From Bacteroides sp. (GTDB lineage Bacteria; Bacteroidota; Bacteroidia; Bacteroidales; Muribaculaceae): DNA of 64,000 bases. The DNA is taken from contig JAAVDD010000010.1 of assembly GCA_014801985.1 (NCBI GenBank), positions 35,107 to 99,106 on the forward strand. Direction: 5' to 3'. The position numbers were made by a program, and so were the translations under genes. The notes beneath the pieces are model-generated. The model saw only the letters and a program-made list of their open reading frames with translations, had not been told where the DNA came from and searched no databases. Below are positions 17,889 to 26,091 of the stretch, piece by piece (position 1 is the stretch's first letter; every line of letters begins with the position of its first letter).

Positions 17889-17985
17889 GGATTAAAGGTC
17901 TCGCGCTTCTCCTTTAAAAGGAGCAGACCGTCGAAATGACGCCCGGATTTGAACAGCGATTGCTCATTCCGGTCGAGAAAAATCC
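17889..17985 (+). ncRNA. Structured cis-regulatory RNA candidate (four-way junction) in the NSS transporter leader
   Basis: P1 GGATT/AATCC, P2 GGTCT..CTCCTT/AAGGAG..AGACC, P3 GTC-GAAAT-GAC, P4 CCGGA/TCCGG. GC-rich island in AT-rich intergenic DNA. Confidence 0.6.
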
Positions 17986-18004
17986 AAAGTAAAAACAAAG
18001 ATTT

Positions 18005-19372
18005 ATGGCAAAAAAAGCTACGTTCTCAAGCAAAATCGGCCTGATTGCCGCTACTGTCGGTTCAGCTGTCGGATTAGGTAATGTATGGAGATTCCCTGCA
18101 GAAACACAAACCAATGGAGGTGCGGCCTTCCTTTTTCTTTATATTTTATGCCTCCTTATTTTGGGTGTGCCGGTCATGCTGGCGGAATTTGCCCTTGGAC
18201 GCGGCTCTAAATCAGATGCTGTCGGAGCATTTATCAAACTTAAACCCAAGACACCATGGTGGCTTACCGGAGGGCTTGCCGTGCTGGCATCATATCTCAT
18301 CCTATGCTTCTACATGGTTGTAGCCGGTTGGACTTTTGAATATCTATGGCAATCCATCACCGGCAACCTTTACGCCGTTGACCTATCAAGGGAAGGTATG
18401 GAGGCCTCCTTTCATGCTAAGATGGAGAGTTATATCTGTGCCGACTGGGCCCCTCTCATCAATCTATACGTTCTTATAGTAGTGAATATTCTTGTTCTCC
18501 TGTGTGGTGTGCAAAAAGGAATCGAGCGACTGTCCAATGTGCTGATGCCAATGCTGTTCCTCCTCCTCCTTCTTTTCTGTGGTGTCTCTCTATCGATGCC
18601 TGGAGCATCAGAAGGAGTCAAATACTTCTTACATCCCGATTTCAGCAAAATCAACGCAAGTGTAGTCGTAAATGCTCTTGGTCAAGCCTTCTTCTCGCTT
18701 AGCCTTGGTATGGGTATCCTTATCACCTATTCCTCCTATTTTCCTAAAGATACCAAACTGACAAAAACGGCTATGACCGTATCAATGCTCGACCTCCTTG
18801 TTGCGATATTAATGGGTATCATAATTTTCCCCGCTGTTTTCAGTTTTGGTCTTAATGATGCCGATCTTAGGGGTGCTACTCTTGTATTCGTGACTCTTCC
18901 TGAGATTTTCGCCCAAATGCATTTCACTCAGCTTTGGTCAATCCTGTTCTTCCTTCTTCTATTTGTTGCGGCCCTAACTTCCACTATTTCCATAGCCGAA
19001 GTGTCAGTGGCATGGCTTCAGGATAGATTCAAGAAGAGCCGTCTGAGCGCCACACTCATCGTGATGCTACCTCTCTTCCTGTTTAGTTCTTTATGCTCCC
19101 TCTCATTTGGTTCGCTTAAGAATTTTAAGATAATGGGAATGACAATATTTGATTTTCTTGACAATCTCGCCACAAATATTTTCCTCCCCGTAGTCTCGCT
19201 TCTTGTTTGCATATTCGTAGGATGGGCTTTGAAGAAGGATTTCTTCCGTAAGGAGCTGACCAACGATGGAACATTGAAAGGTCGTTGGTTCCCTATTATC
19301 AATTTTGTTGTGAAGTTCATCGCTCCTCCTCTCATATTCCTCATCCTCCTCTCCTTCTTCATTAAATTCTGA
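18005..19372 (+). CDS. Sodium-dependent transporter, NSS/SNF (LeuT/MhsT-like) family
   Basis: GSAVGLGNVWRFP, GGAAF, EFALGR, GQAFFSLSLGMG, AALTS; about 11 TM helices. Confidence 0.95.
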   Translation: MAKKATFSSKIGLIAATVGSAVGLGNVWRFPAETQTNGGAAFLFLYILCLLILGVPVMLAEFALGRGSKSDAVGAFIKLKPKTPWWLTGGLAVLASYLILCFYMVVAGWTFEYLWQSITGNLYAVDLSREGMEASFHAKMESYICADWAPLINLYVLIVVNILVLLCGVQKGIERLSNVLMPMLFLLLLLFCGVSLSMPGASEGVKYFLHPDFSKINASVVVNALGQAFFSLSLGMGILITYSSYFPKDTKLTKTAMTVSMLDLLVAILMGIIIFPAVFSFGLNDADLRGATLVFVTLPEIFAQMHFTQLWSILFFLLLFVAALTSTISIAEVSVAWLQDRFKKSRLSATLIVMLPLFLFSSLCSLSFGSLKNFKIMGMTIFDFLDNLATNIFLPVVSLLVCIFVGWALKKDFFRKELTNDGTLKGRWFPIINFVVKFIAPPLIFLILLSFFIKF

Positions 19373-19377
19373 TTACA

Positions 19378-19439
19378 ATTCCTAAAATAGCATCAGCCTT
19401 CAAAAATATTCTTTTGAAGGCTGATGCTATTTTAGGAAT
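19378..19439. terminator. Perfect 28-bp inverted repeat; bidirectional terminator
   Basis: ATTCCTAAAATAGCATCAGCCTTCAAAA-ATATTC-TTTTGAAGGCTGATGCTATTTTAGGAAT between convergent genes. Confidence 0.85.
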
Positions 19440-19447
19440 GGACAAAA

Positions 19448-20311
19448 CTATAAAGAATTATAATCAGGGGAGAATGTATCCCCTCCGGCAATTGTTCCGG
19501 TGGAAGCTCCCTTTTTAAGCCATCTCACACGTTGAGCAGACGTGCCGTGGTTAAATGTTTCAGGCACTGCATATCCCTGGGCCTGCTTCTGAAGATAATC
19601 ATCTCCAATCTTAGAAGCAGCATTCAGACCCTCCTCGATGTCGCCTGGTTCAAGACTATTGAATTTCCTATTGTCGTGATACGCCCAGACACCGGCATAA
19701 TAATCGGCTTGCAATTCGGTACGGACACTGACTTGATTTGATTCCTTCTCCGACATTGTTCGTCGTGCATTATGGGTTTGATCAAGCGTCCCCAAAAGAT
19801 GTTGAACATGATGACCTACTTCATGGGCGATTACATAAGCGTATGCAAAGTCTCCCCCGGCATCCATATTCTTATCCATCTCCTCAAAGAAAGAGAGGTC
19901 GATATATAGCGTCTCATCCGCAGAACAATAAAATGGACCAACTGCGGAAGTTGCATTTCCACATCCGGATTGTACCGAGCCGGTGTAAAGAACCATCTTG
20001 GGATTTCGATAGGTCATTCCCATTTTATTGAATTCCTCTGTCCAAACATCTTCCGTACCGGCAAGTATAATCTTTGCAAACTCCTCATACTGCTTTTCCT
20101 TTTCAGGAGAAAGTGTGGATTCCACAGCCTGATTACTTCCTGTCAGTCCTCCTGACTGGTTTATCACATCAAGGGGATTACCACCGGCAAGCCATATTAC
20201 AAGCGCAGTAATAATCAATCCTCCAATTCCACCTATACCGGCAACTTTTCCGCCACTGATACCTCTCCTATCCTCTACATTGCTGCTGGATCTTCGACCG
20301 TCTAATCTCAT
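19448..20311 (-). CDS. Neutral zinc metallopeptidase, YpfJ family
   Basis: RSSSNVEDRRG start, GPFYC, HEVGHH, ELQAD, FNHGTSAQR. Confidence 0.92.
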   Translation of the reverse strand: MRLDGRRSSSNVEDRRGISGGKVAGIGGIGGLIITALVIWLAGGNPLDVINQSGGLTGSNQAVESTLSPEKEKQYEEFAKIILAGTEDVWTEEFNKMGMTYRNPKMVLYTGSVQSGCGNATSAVGPFYCSADETLYIDLSFFEEMDKNMDAGGDFAYAYVIAHEVGHHVQHLLGTLDQTHNARRTMSEKESNQVSVRTELQADYYAGVWAYHDNRKFNSLEPGDIEEGLNAASKIGDDYLQKQAQGYAVPETFNHGTSAQRVRWLKKGASTGTIAGGDTFSPDYNSL

Positions 20312-20358
20312 ACGTTCTTATATTACGAAGTTTCGGGATTCCACCGGCAACCTCAGTT

Positions 20359-20392
20359 AATAAAATGGCCTGCCTTTAATATGGGCAGGCCG
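20359..20392 (-). terminator. Terminator after rubrerythrin
   Basis: GGCCTGCC / GGCAGGCC stem with a U-rich tail on the minus strand. Confidence 0.7.
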
Positions 20393-20433
20393 TAATATTA
20401 TTCTCAAGATGGAATTCAGCCATCTCAAATATC

Positions 20434-20976
20434 TTAATAATTATCCGGACGCAATTCAAAGAAAGCCTGAGGATGCTTGCAAACCGGACATACTTCCGGA
20501 GCTTTCTTGCCGAAATGAATATGACCACACTCACGGCACATCCACATTCTATCACCATCACGAGAGAACACGATACCATCCTCGATATTCTTGAGTAGAG
20601 TGCGGTAACGCTCCATGTGAGTACGCTCAATCTCACCTACTCGCTCAAAAAGACGGGCAATATCATTAAAGCCCTCTTCCTTGGCGATAGCGGCGAAATC
20701 CTTATACATATCTGTGTACTCATATTCCTCACCTGCAGCTGCATCGAGAAGATTTGTCGGAGTTTCAGGCACTTCTCCCCCATGAAGAAGCTTGAACCAG
20801 AGTTTTGCATGTGTATGCTCGTTGTGTGCTGTTTCTTCAAATATGGCTCCTATCTGCTGATAGCCATCCTTCTTAGCCTGCTTGGCATAGAAAGAATATT
20901 TAACACACGCCTGAGATTCCCCGGCGAAAGCCGTACGCAAGCATTCTTCAGTTTTGCTTCCTTTAAGTTCTTTCAT
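20434..20976 (-). CDS. rbr: Rubrerythrin
   Basis: LKGSKT, AFAGESQA, ExxH diiron pairs, CRECG..CPVC rubredoxin domain. Start set at MKELK. Confidence 0.95.
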   Translation of the reverse strand: MKELKGSKTEECLRTAFAGESQACVKYSFYAKQAKKDGYQQIGAIFEETAHNEHTHAKLWFKLLHGGEVPETPTNLLDAAAGEEYEYTDMYKDFAAIAKEEGFNDIARLFERVGEIERTHMERYRTLLKNIEDGIVFSRDGDRMWMCRECGHIHFGKKAPEVCPVCKHPQAFFELRPDNY

Positions 20977-21007
20977 AATATCGTAGTTTTTTATTAACAA
21001 TTATAAT

Positions 21008-21033
21008 CACGCAAAAACAAATCAATTGTTTTC
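21008..21033 (-). promoter_or_regulatory. Putative ECF-type promoter for rbr
   Basis: GAAAAC-N16-CGTG on the minus strand. Confidence 0.4.
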
Positions 21034-21092
21034 TTTTACCTTATTTAACGCTTGTTAAAGTTTAAATGTTCATTAAAAACACACATAGAAAT

Positions 21093-21126
21093 AAAAAAAG
21101 CTGATCCCCTTTCGGAAATCAGCTTT
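21093..21126 (-). terminator. Terminator after the M16 peptidase
   Basis: AAAGCTGAT / ATCAGCTTT stem with a poly-U tail on the minus strand. Confidence 0.7.
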
Positions 21127-21149
21127 AAATTATAATCTAATATAGAGAT

Positions 21150-23957
21150 TTATTTCTCCACACCCTCCATGATCACCTGAATACGGTTCTTGCCGTTGTA
21201 AAGATTCTTCATGAAAGAATTGATATCGCCTACAGTCATGTTATCAATTGCAGCCTTGCCATTAGTGATATTGTCAACGCCACGGAGATAAAGACCAAGC
21301 TGAGAAAGCCAATAGCCGTTAGTGCGGATAGAATTCTCATACTGCTTGGACATTGCTTCCTTCACCTTGTTGAAACTGTCTGCATTAGTACCATTCTGAA
21401 GAAGTTTCTCGAGCTCTGCATTTGCACGAGTGATCATCTTCTCCTGCATCTCCTTATTAGTGCTGAACTGATACACAATATTCCATTCGCCGGTGATGGG
21501 GCTAATGTAAGCTCCTGCAAAGGGAGTATAAGTACCGCCTTCTTCCTCACGGAGAGTCTCGAGGAATACACTTCTAAGGAGCTGACCGATTACATCCATC
21601 TTGCGGGCATTCTCAATAGAGTAAGGGATATTGTTGTCGCTGTAAACGTCGTATATATGAGTGGCAGGTGCCTGCATAGGCTCTTTCCATTCATCCTTAA
21701 CCTGACCGGATACAATGGCGAGAGAAGTCTCTTTCTTCACTTGAGTCAATTTCTTGGGGTCAGAAGGAAGAGTTGCGATATACTGCTCAAGAAGAGGCTT
21801 GAGGGTTTCCATATCTACATTGCCGACAAATACGAATGTGAAGTCGGCGGCATTTTTCATGGTGCCCTTTATGAAATCGAGAGTTGCCTGATAATTCACC
21901 TTGTCAAGATCCTCCATAGTGGGGAGATTGAACATCGGGTTGTCGCCATGAAGAGTCTTAGAGATATTTCTGTTGAAAGTATATTCAGGATTAGCATCTC
22001 GAGCTGCGAGAACAGTGCGTGCATTCTCCACTGCGGCTGCGAAGGTCTTCTCATCAGCGCCAAGTTCTACAAAAGATGCATATATGACTTCCATGAGATA
22101 TTTAAGATCCTTCACACTTGATGAACCATCAAGACTATTGGTGACACTACCTATGCTATAGCCTAAGCCGAGATTCTTTCCGGCAAGATATTTGCGAAGC
22201 ATAGTCTTATCGAAGTTGCCAAGCTTGCTTGCCTCATAAACATCCTCTGCAAACATTATCTGATTTGCCATGGATACTGGATAAGCCTGCTTACCACCCT
22301 TGGAGAAAGCGTTCATCACGATTTCGTCTGCCTTAAAGTCGGTGGGTTTAACCACAACCTTCACGCCATTTGATAGAGTAAGCTCTGTTGTTCCGAACTC
22401 ACCTGCTTTCTCTGACACAATCTTGCCGGGCTTCGGAAGGTTAGAGATTATCGGATCAGTGATCACTTCATCTACATACGCTTCATACTGTGCGTTAAGA
22501 ATATTCTCAATGTTGCCTACGAAAGTTTCTTCCTCAATAACCTCCATGCCGTCTTTGCGAGGCTGAGCCACAACAATCACTTGATTGTCTGGAGTAAGAA
22601 GCTGAGAGGCCATCTGATTGAGCACCTGCACAGGAATCATCGGAAGAATCTGCTTTGCAAACTCATACTCCATCTCCGCTCCGGGGTGAGGAGTGTTGTC
22701 GATGAAATGACGATAAAGGAGCTCACCGAATATACCTGAGTTAGTATTGTTACGCTCATTGAAGAACTTCTCATACTGAGAAAGGATTTCATCGCGTGCG
22801 CGTTCAAGCTCAGAATCTGTAAATCCGGTCTTGCATGCACGAGCCACAATACCCAGCGCATCTTCTGTGGCTTTATTCACGCCTGTCTTTCCTATGATAA
22901 TTACGTCAAAAGAGTCTTTTGTCTTGGAAACCCAGAAATCATCGAAGTTGACACCGGCATATGCATAGTTGCAACCGGGGGTCTGCTGATATTCAGAAAG
23001 ACGATTGTTGATCAATGTTGCAATAAGATCCTGAATGAGATCCACCTGGAAATAAAGGTCGGTATTACGCATCTCAGCGGGCATCTTGTCGCTCTTGAAG
23101 GAAATACGCACATAGGGATACTGCGTCTCAGGATCATCGAAATATGCAAATATTGGCTTCTCATTATCCGAAACATTAGGATAAGTTCTTTCAGCCGCAT
23201 TCTCAGGCATCGGAATCTGTGAGAAGAGAGCCACTACCTTCTTCTCCATCTCATCAGCATCAAAGTCGCCGACAATCACAATACCCTGCTGATCCGGACG
23301 ATACCATTTCTTATAGTAGTCACGAATCTCGGAATAAGGGAATGTGCGAACGATTTCCATCTTGCCGATTGGAGACTGTTGATACTGATACTCGCTGTAA
23401 ATCTTTGGGAGTATAGATTCGTGCATACGGAAATTTGCATCATTTCTCGAACGCCATTCCTCCTCGATAACTCCGCGCTCTGCATCGATCTCCGCATCCT
23501 CAAGAAGGATTCCGCAGCTCCAATCGCGGATAACGAGAAGCACACTGTCCATTAGAGCCTGGTCGCTGGTCGATACATTATCGATATTATAGACAGTCTC
23601 ATCAAAATAAGTATATGCATTGATGTCGTAACCGAAGCGAATACCCTTCGACTCAAGATAGTTAAGCATATTCTTCCCGGGGAAGTTGGTAGTTCCGTTG
23701 AACGCCATGTGCTCAAGGAAGTGAGCCAGACCAAGCTGGGTGGGTGTCTCAAGAGTAGAGCCAACTTTCTGTGCAATGTAGAAATTGGCACGATCCTTGG
23801 GATGTTCATTATGAAGGATGTAATAAGTGAGGCCGTTATCAAGCTTACCGCTTTTCACTGCCGGATCCAACGGCAATTGCTGCGGTTGGGGCATCTGGGC
23901 ACTCATGCAAAGCGTTGTCAATAGAAACATCGCTAAGCCTAAAGCTTTCCTGATCAT
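21150..23957 (-). CDS. M16 family zinc protease (PqqL-like), secreted
   Basis: Signal peptide, GKLDNGLTYYI, HFLEH inverted zinc motif, ERGVIEEE, second half starting LSNGVKV, LREEEGGTY. Confidence 0.93.
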   Translation of the reverse strand: MIRKALGLAMFLLTTLCMSAQMPQPQQLPLDPAVKSGKLDNGLTYYILHNEHPKDRANFYIAQKVGSTLETPTQLGLAHFLEHMAFNGTTNFPGKNMLNYLESKGIRFGYDINAYTYFDETVYNIDNVSTSDQALMDSVLLVIRDWSCGILLEDAEIDAERGVIEEEWRSRNDANFRMHESILPKIYSEYQYQQSPIGKMEIVRTFPYSEIRDYYKKWYRPDQQGIVIVGDFDADEMEKKVVALFSQIPMPENAAERTYPNVSDNEKPIFAYFDDPETQYPYVRISFKSDKMPAEMRNTDLYFQVDLIQDLIATLINNRLSEYQQTPGCNYAYAGVNFDDFWVSKTKDSFDVIIIGKTGVNKATEDALGIVARACKTGFTDSELERARDEILSQYEKFFNERNNTNSGIFGELLYRHFIDNTPHPGAEMEYEFAKQILPMIPVQVLNQMASQLLTPDNQVIVVAQPRKDGMEVIEEETFVGNIENILNAQYEAYVDEVITDPIISNLPKPGKIVSEKAGEFGTTELTLSNGVKVVVKPTDFKADEIVMNAFSKGGKQAYPVSMANQIMFAEDVYEASKLGNFDKTMLRKYLAGKNLGLGYSIGSVTNSLDGSSSVKDLKYLMEVIYASFVELGADEKTFAAAVENARTVLAARDANPEYTFNRNISKTLHGDNPMFNLPTMEDLDKVNYQATLDFIKGTMKNAADFTFVFVGNVDMETLKPLLEQYIATLPSDPKKLTQVKKETSLAIVSGQVKDEWKEPMQAPATHIYDVYSDNNIPYSIENARKMDVIGQLLRSVFLETLREEEGGTYTPFAGAYISPITGEWNIVYQFSTNKEMQEKMITRANAELEKLLQNGTNADSFNKVKEAMSKQYENSIRTNGYWLSQLGLYLRGVDNITNGKAAIDNMTVGDINSFMKNLYNGKNRIQVIMEGVEK

Positions 23958-24046
23958 AAAATGTTAGTTTTAATTAATATTATGGTTATATAATCTTTCT
24001 AATGATTGCTATACTATTGATGGGAGGAAAGCCCCCTTTTATATAA

Positions 24047-24072
24047 GACGCATGAGGCGCCAAATAATTACA
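24047..24072 (-). promoter_or_regulatory. Putative ECF-type promoter for the M16 peptidase
   Basis: TGTAAT-N16-CGTC(TTATATA) on the minus strand. A TATATTTG -7 element lies just upstream (24075-24082). Confidence 0.45.
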
Positions 24073-24181
24073 TACAAATATAGCTTATTTTTTTTAAAAA
24101 TCAAAATTATGCTGATATTATCTAATTTTTAGTTTATTCTTTACTTTTATTACACCTATACCCCCTATTTTCTATCCTTAA

Positions 24182-24757
24182 TTATATGATACCATTCATC
24201 AAGGCATAGAGAGAAAGACCCGAAACAGATTTAATTCCAAGCTTTGACGATACATTCTTCCGATGAGTGATGACGGTGTTGACCGAGATGGAAAGATGAT
24301 CGGCTATTTCTTTATTCGTCTTCCCGGAAGCGAGTTCCTTAAGCACCTCTTTTTCTCTTGCAGAAAGTTCTCCGGAGGTCTCCTGTAAGCGTTCCGGTTC
24401 TGTAAAGACCATTCCTAAAATCTCAGTCATCTCCTCTTCCGTGGAATCTCTATAAATAAACCTGATTCCACTCCCCAATGTTCCTTTTCCATTTTCCGCT
24501 TGTTTAGGCTTATTTTTATCTCTTGTCAATATCACTGTACGCGACTTCCGAGGAACAAAAAAATCAGGATGCAATGCAAAAGTGGCTGAATCAATTATAA
24601 AAAAATCGATTTTCTCCAGCTCACTCCCCACTAATTCTACCTCCCCGTATATACACACATCCATTTCGCATCCCAGAAATTGTGGTTGCGACTCAAGCAA
24701 AGCCTTTAATCCTACCGATTCAAGACTTGTCATTCCAATTATTCCTATCCTTGACAT
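24182..24757 (-). CDS. LuxR-family HTH regulator with a degenerate receiver-like N-terminus
   Basis: LSAREKEVLKELASGKTNKEIADHLSISVNTVITHRKN. Confidence 0.88.
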   Translation of the reverse strand: MSRIGIIGMTSLESVGLKALLESQPQFLGCEMDVCIYGEVELVGSELEKIDFFIIDSATFALHPDFFVPRKSRTVILTRDKNKPKQAENGKGTLGSGIRFIYRDSTEEEMTEILGMVFTEPERLQETSGELSAREKEVLKELASGKTNKEIADHLSISVNTVITHRKNVSSKLGIKSVSGLSLYALMNGII

Positions 24758-25416
24758 AGCGGCTTCAATATTCGCTCGCGGATACGGTTGTTTTGTTGGA
24801 TATCCTTTTCCAGAGTAGCCAGAGCCGATACCACTGCAACACAGAGATTGCGGTCGTATTCCCCACGAAGATGAATCACAAAGAAGTTGATAAGATCGCT
24901 AAGCTTCTCCTCAAGCATATGCCGGTCGTAGGGTTTTCGGCCTTCCTCTCTTTCCGGCAAACCCCAATCACCTTGGCGAAGAAGAGGAAACCAGAATTCC
25001 AGATCGCTCTCTATTGAAGCGGACATCTCCTCTTTCACTTCCAGAAAAAATTGCTTAAGCAAGAAAAGATTGGAACGTCCACCGTCTGAATCGCTTTTAG
25101 ATAGCAGTAATGCAAAATGACGTTCTATATTAGGAAGTAAGGCTGAGATATAATATCGATCTGTTTTCTCAAGATAATCCAACACTCCTTTTAGATTTAC
25201 CTTCCCTTCAATTCCGGAAGGGATATAGGTCCTGTTGAGATAAGTATTGATTATGGCAAGAAAAAGATCTTCATCTATCCCATGCGACTCACATGCATTT
25301 CTTATTGTGGAATCTCCTACACCAAGGTAGATATCAAATCTATTAACCACCTGAATCACTGATGGATCATGCAATATGACATCGCTCAGCTTAGATTCCT
25401 TATTAAATACCGGCAT
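24745..25416 (-). CDS. ScdA-N/hemerythrin-like helical protein (degenerate)
   Basis: RFDIYLGVGDSTIRNAC N-terminus, DYLEKTDRYY, IEERILKP-like NRIRERILKP end. Overlaps the luxR start. Confidence 0.6.
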   Translation of the reverse strand: MPVFNKESKLSDVILHDPSVIQVVNRFDIYLGVGDSTIRNACESHGIDEDLFLAIINTYLNRTYIPSGIEGKVNLKGVLDYLEKTDRYYISALLPNIERHFALLLSKSDSDGGRSNLFLLKQFFLEVKEEMSASIESDLEFWFPLLRQGDWGLPEREEGRKPYDRHMLEEKLSDLINFFVIHLRGEYDRNLCVAVVSALATLEKDIQQNNRIRERILKPLCQG

Positions 25417-25448
25417 AAATTAAGTTCTTTCTTATATCGTTCATTAAC

Positions 25449-25498
25449 AAAAATGTCTCAGCCAGCGACCGCAAATCCCTGGTTGAGACATTCTTTTT
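25449..25498. terminator. Terminator hairpin after the 5-FTHF cyclo-ligase gene
   Basis: AATGTCTCAGCCAG / CTGGTTGAGACATT with A and T flanks. Confidence 0.65.
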
Positions 25499-25534
25499 CT
25501 ATTTTTTCAGTTCGAACCTGACTATCATTCCTAT

Positions 25535-26080
25535 TTATTTGAATCTTAATACTCTCTTTTGTGAGATGACCATATCCATCTTCACATCATGAGGCTCGGA
25601 AGGAATCTCCTCCACAATCTGGAATTCATAACCAACTCCGACTTTGGTAGCGCGGGTGGTTGCAAGAAGTCGGTCGTAGAAACCCTTTCCCCTGCCTAAC
25701 CGGTTACCTGAATGATCGTAAGCCACTCCCGGAACAATCACAAGTTCAATCTCATCAGCCGACACTGTGTTGTCGCCTGTGGGCTCTTCTATATGAAACG
25801 AACCTAATTCCAATCGGGATTCATCATAAGGAAGAATCTCAAGGTTAACTCCATTCACTCTTGGAAGGAAAAAGCTTTTTCTACCGTGCCATTTATCAAG
25901 GAAACGGTGGGTAGAAAGCTCATCGGGCAGGGAATGATACATCAAGATACGGTCGGCAAGTAGAAATGCCGCAGTATTCTCCAATCGCTCGAACACCTCA
26001 TCGGCAGCACTCATACGCTCCGTTTCGAGCAACATCGAACGCATTGCCTTTATTTTCCTTCTGATATCGCTTTTTTCCAT
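25535..26080 (-). CDS. 5-formyltetrahydrofolate cyclo-ligase
   Basis: LPRV, IEEP, VPGVAYD..GNRLGRGKGFYDRLL, EPHD..MD. Confidence 0.95.
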   Translation of the reverse strand: MEKSDIRRKIKAMRSMLLETERMSAADEVFERLENTAAFLLADRILMYHSLPDELSTHRFLDKWHGRKSFFLPRVNGVNLEILPYDESRLELGSFHIEEPTGDNTVSADEIELVIVPGVAYDHSGNRLGRGKGFYDRLLATTRATKVGVGYEFQIVEEIPSEPHDVKMDMVISQKRVLRFK

Positions 26081-26091
26081 AGTAAATAAGA

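Noticed and set aside
17889-17985. Minus-strand resemblance to a yybP-ykoY riboswitch (CGTCATTTCG...GCGAGACC) and a SAM-II-like TCGCGC
   Set aside because: The 5' GGGGAGTAGC strand and the SAM-II pseudoknot elements are absent, and the element lies upstream of the minus-strand promoter.
17914-18114. Small ORFs around the NSS leader as a possible attenuator peptide
   Set aside because: They are on the wrong strand; I saw no sense-strand leader peptide with an amino-acid run.
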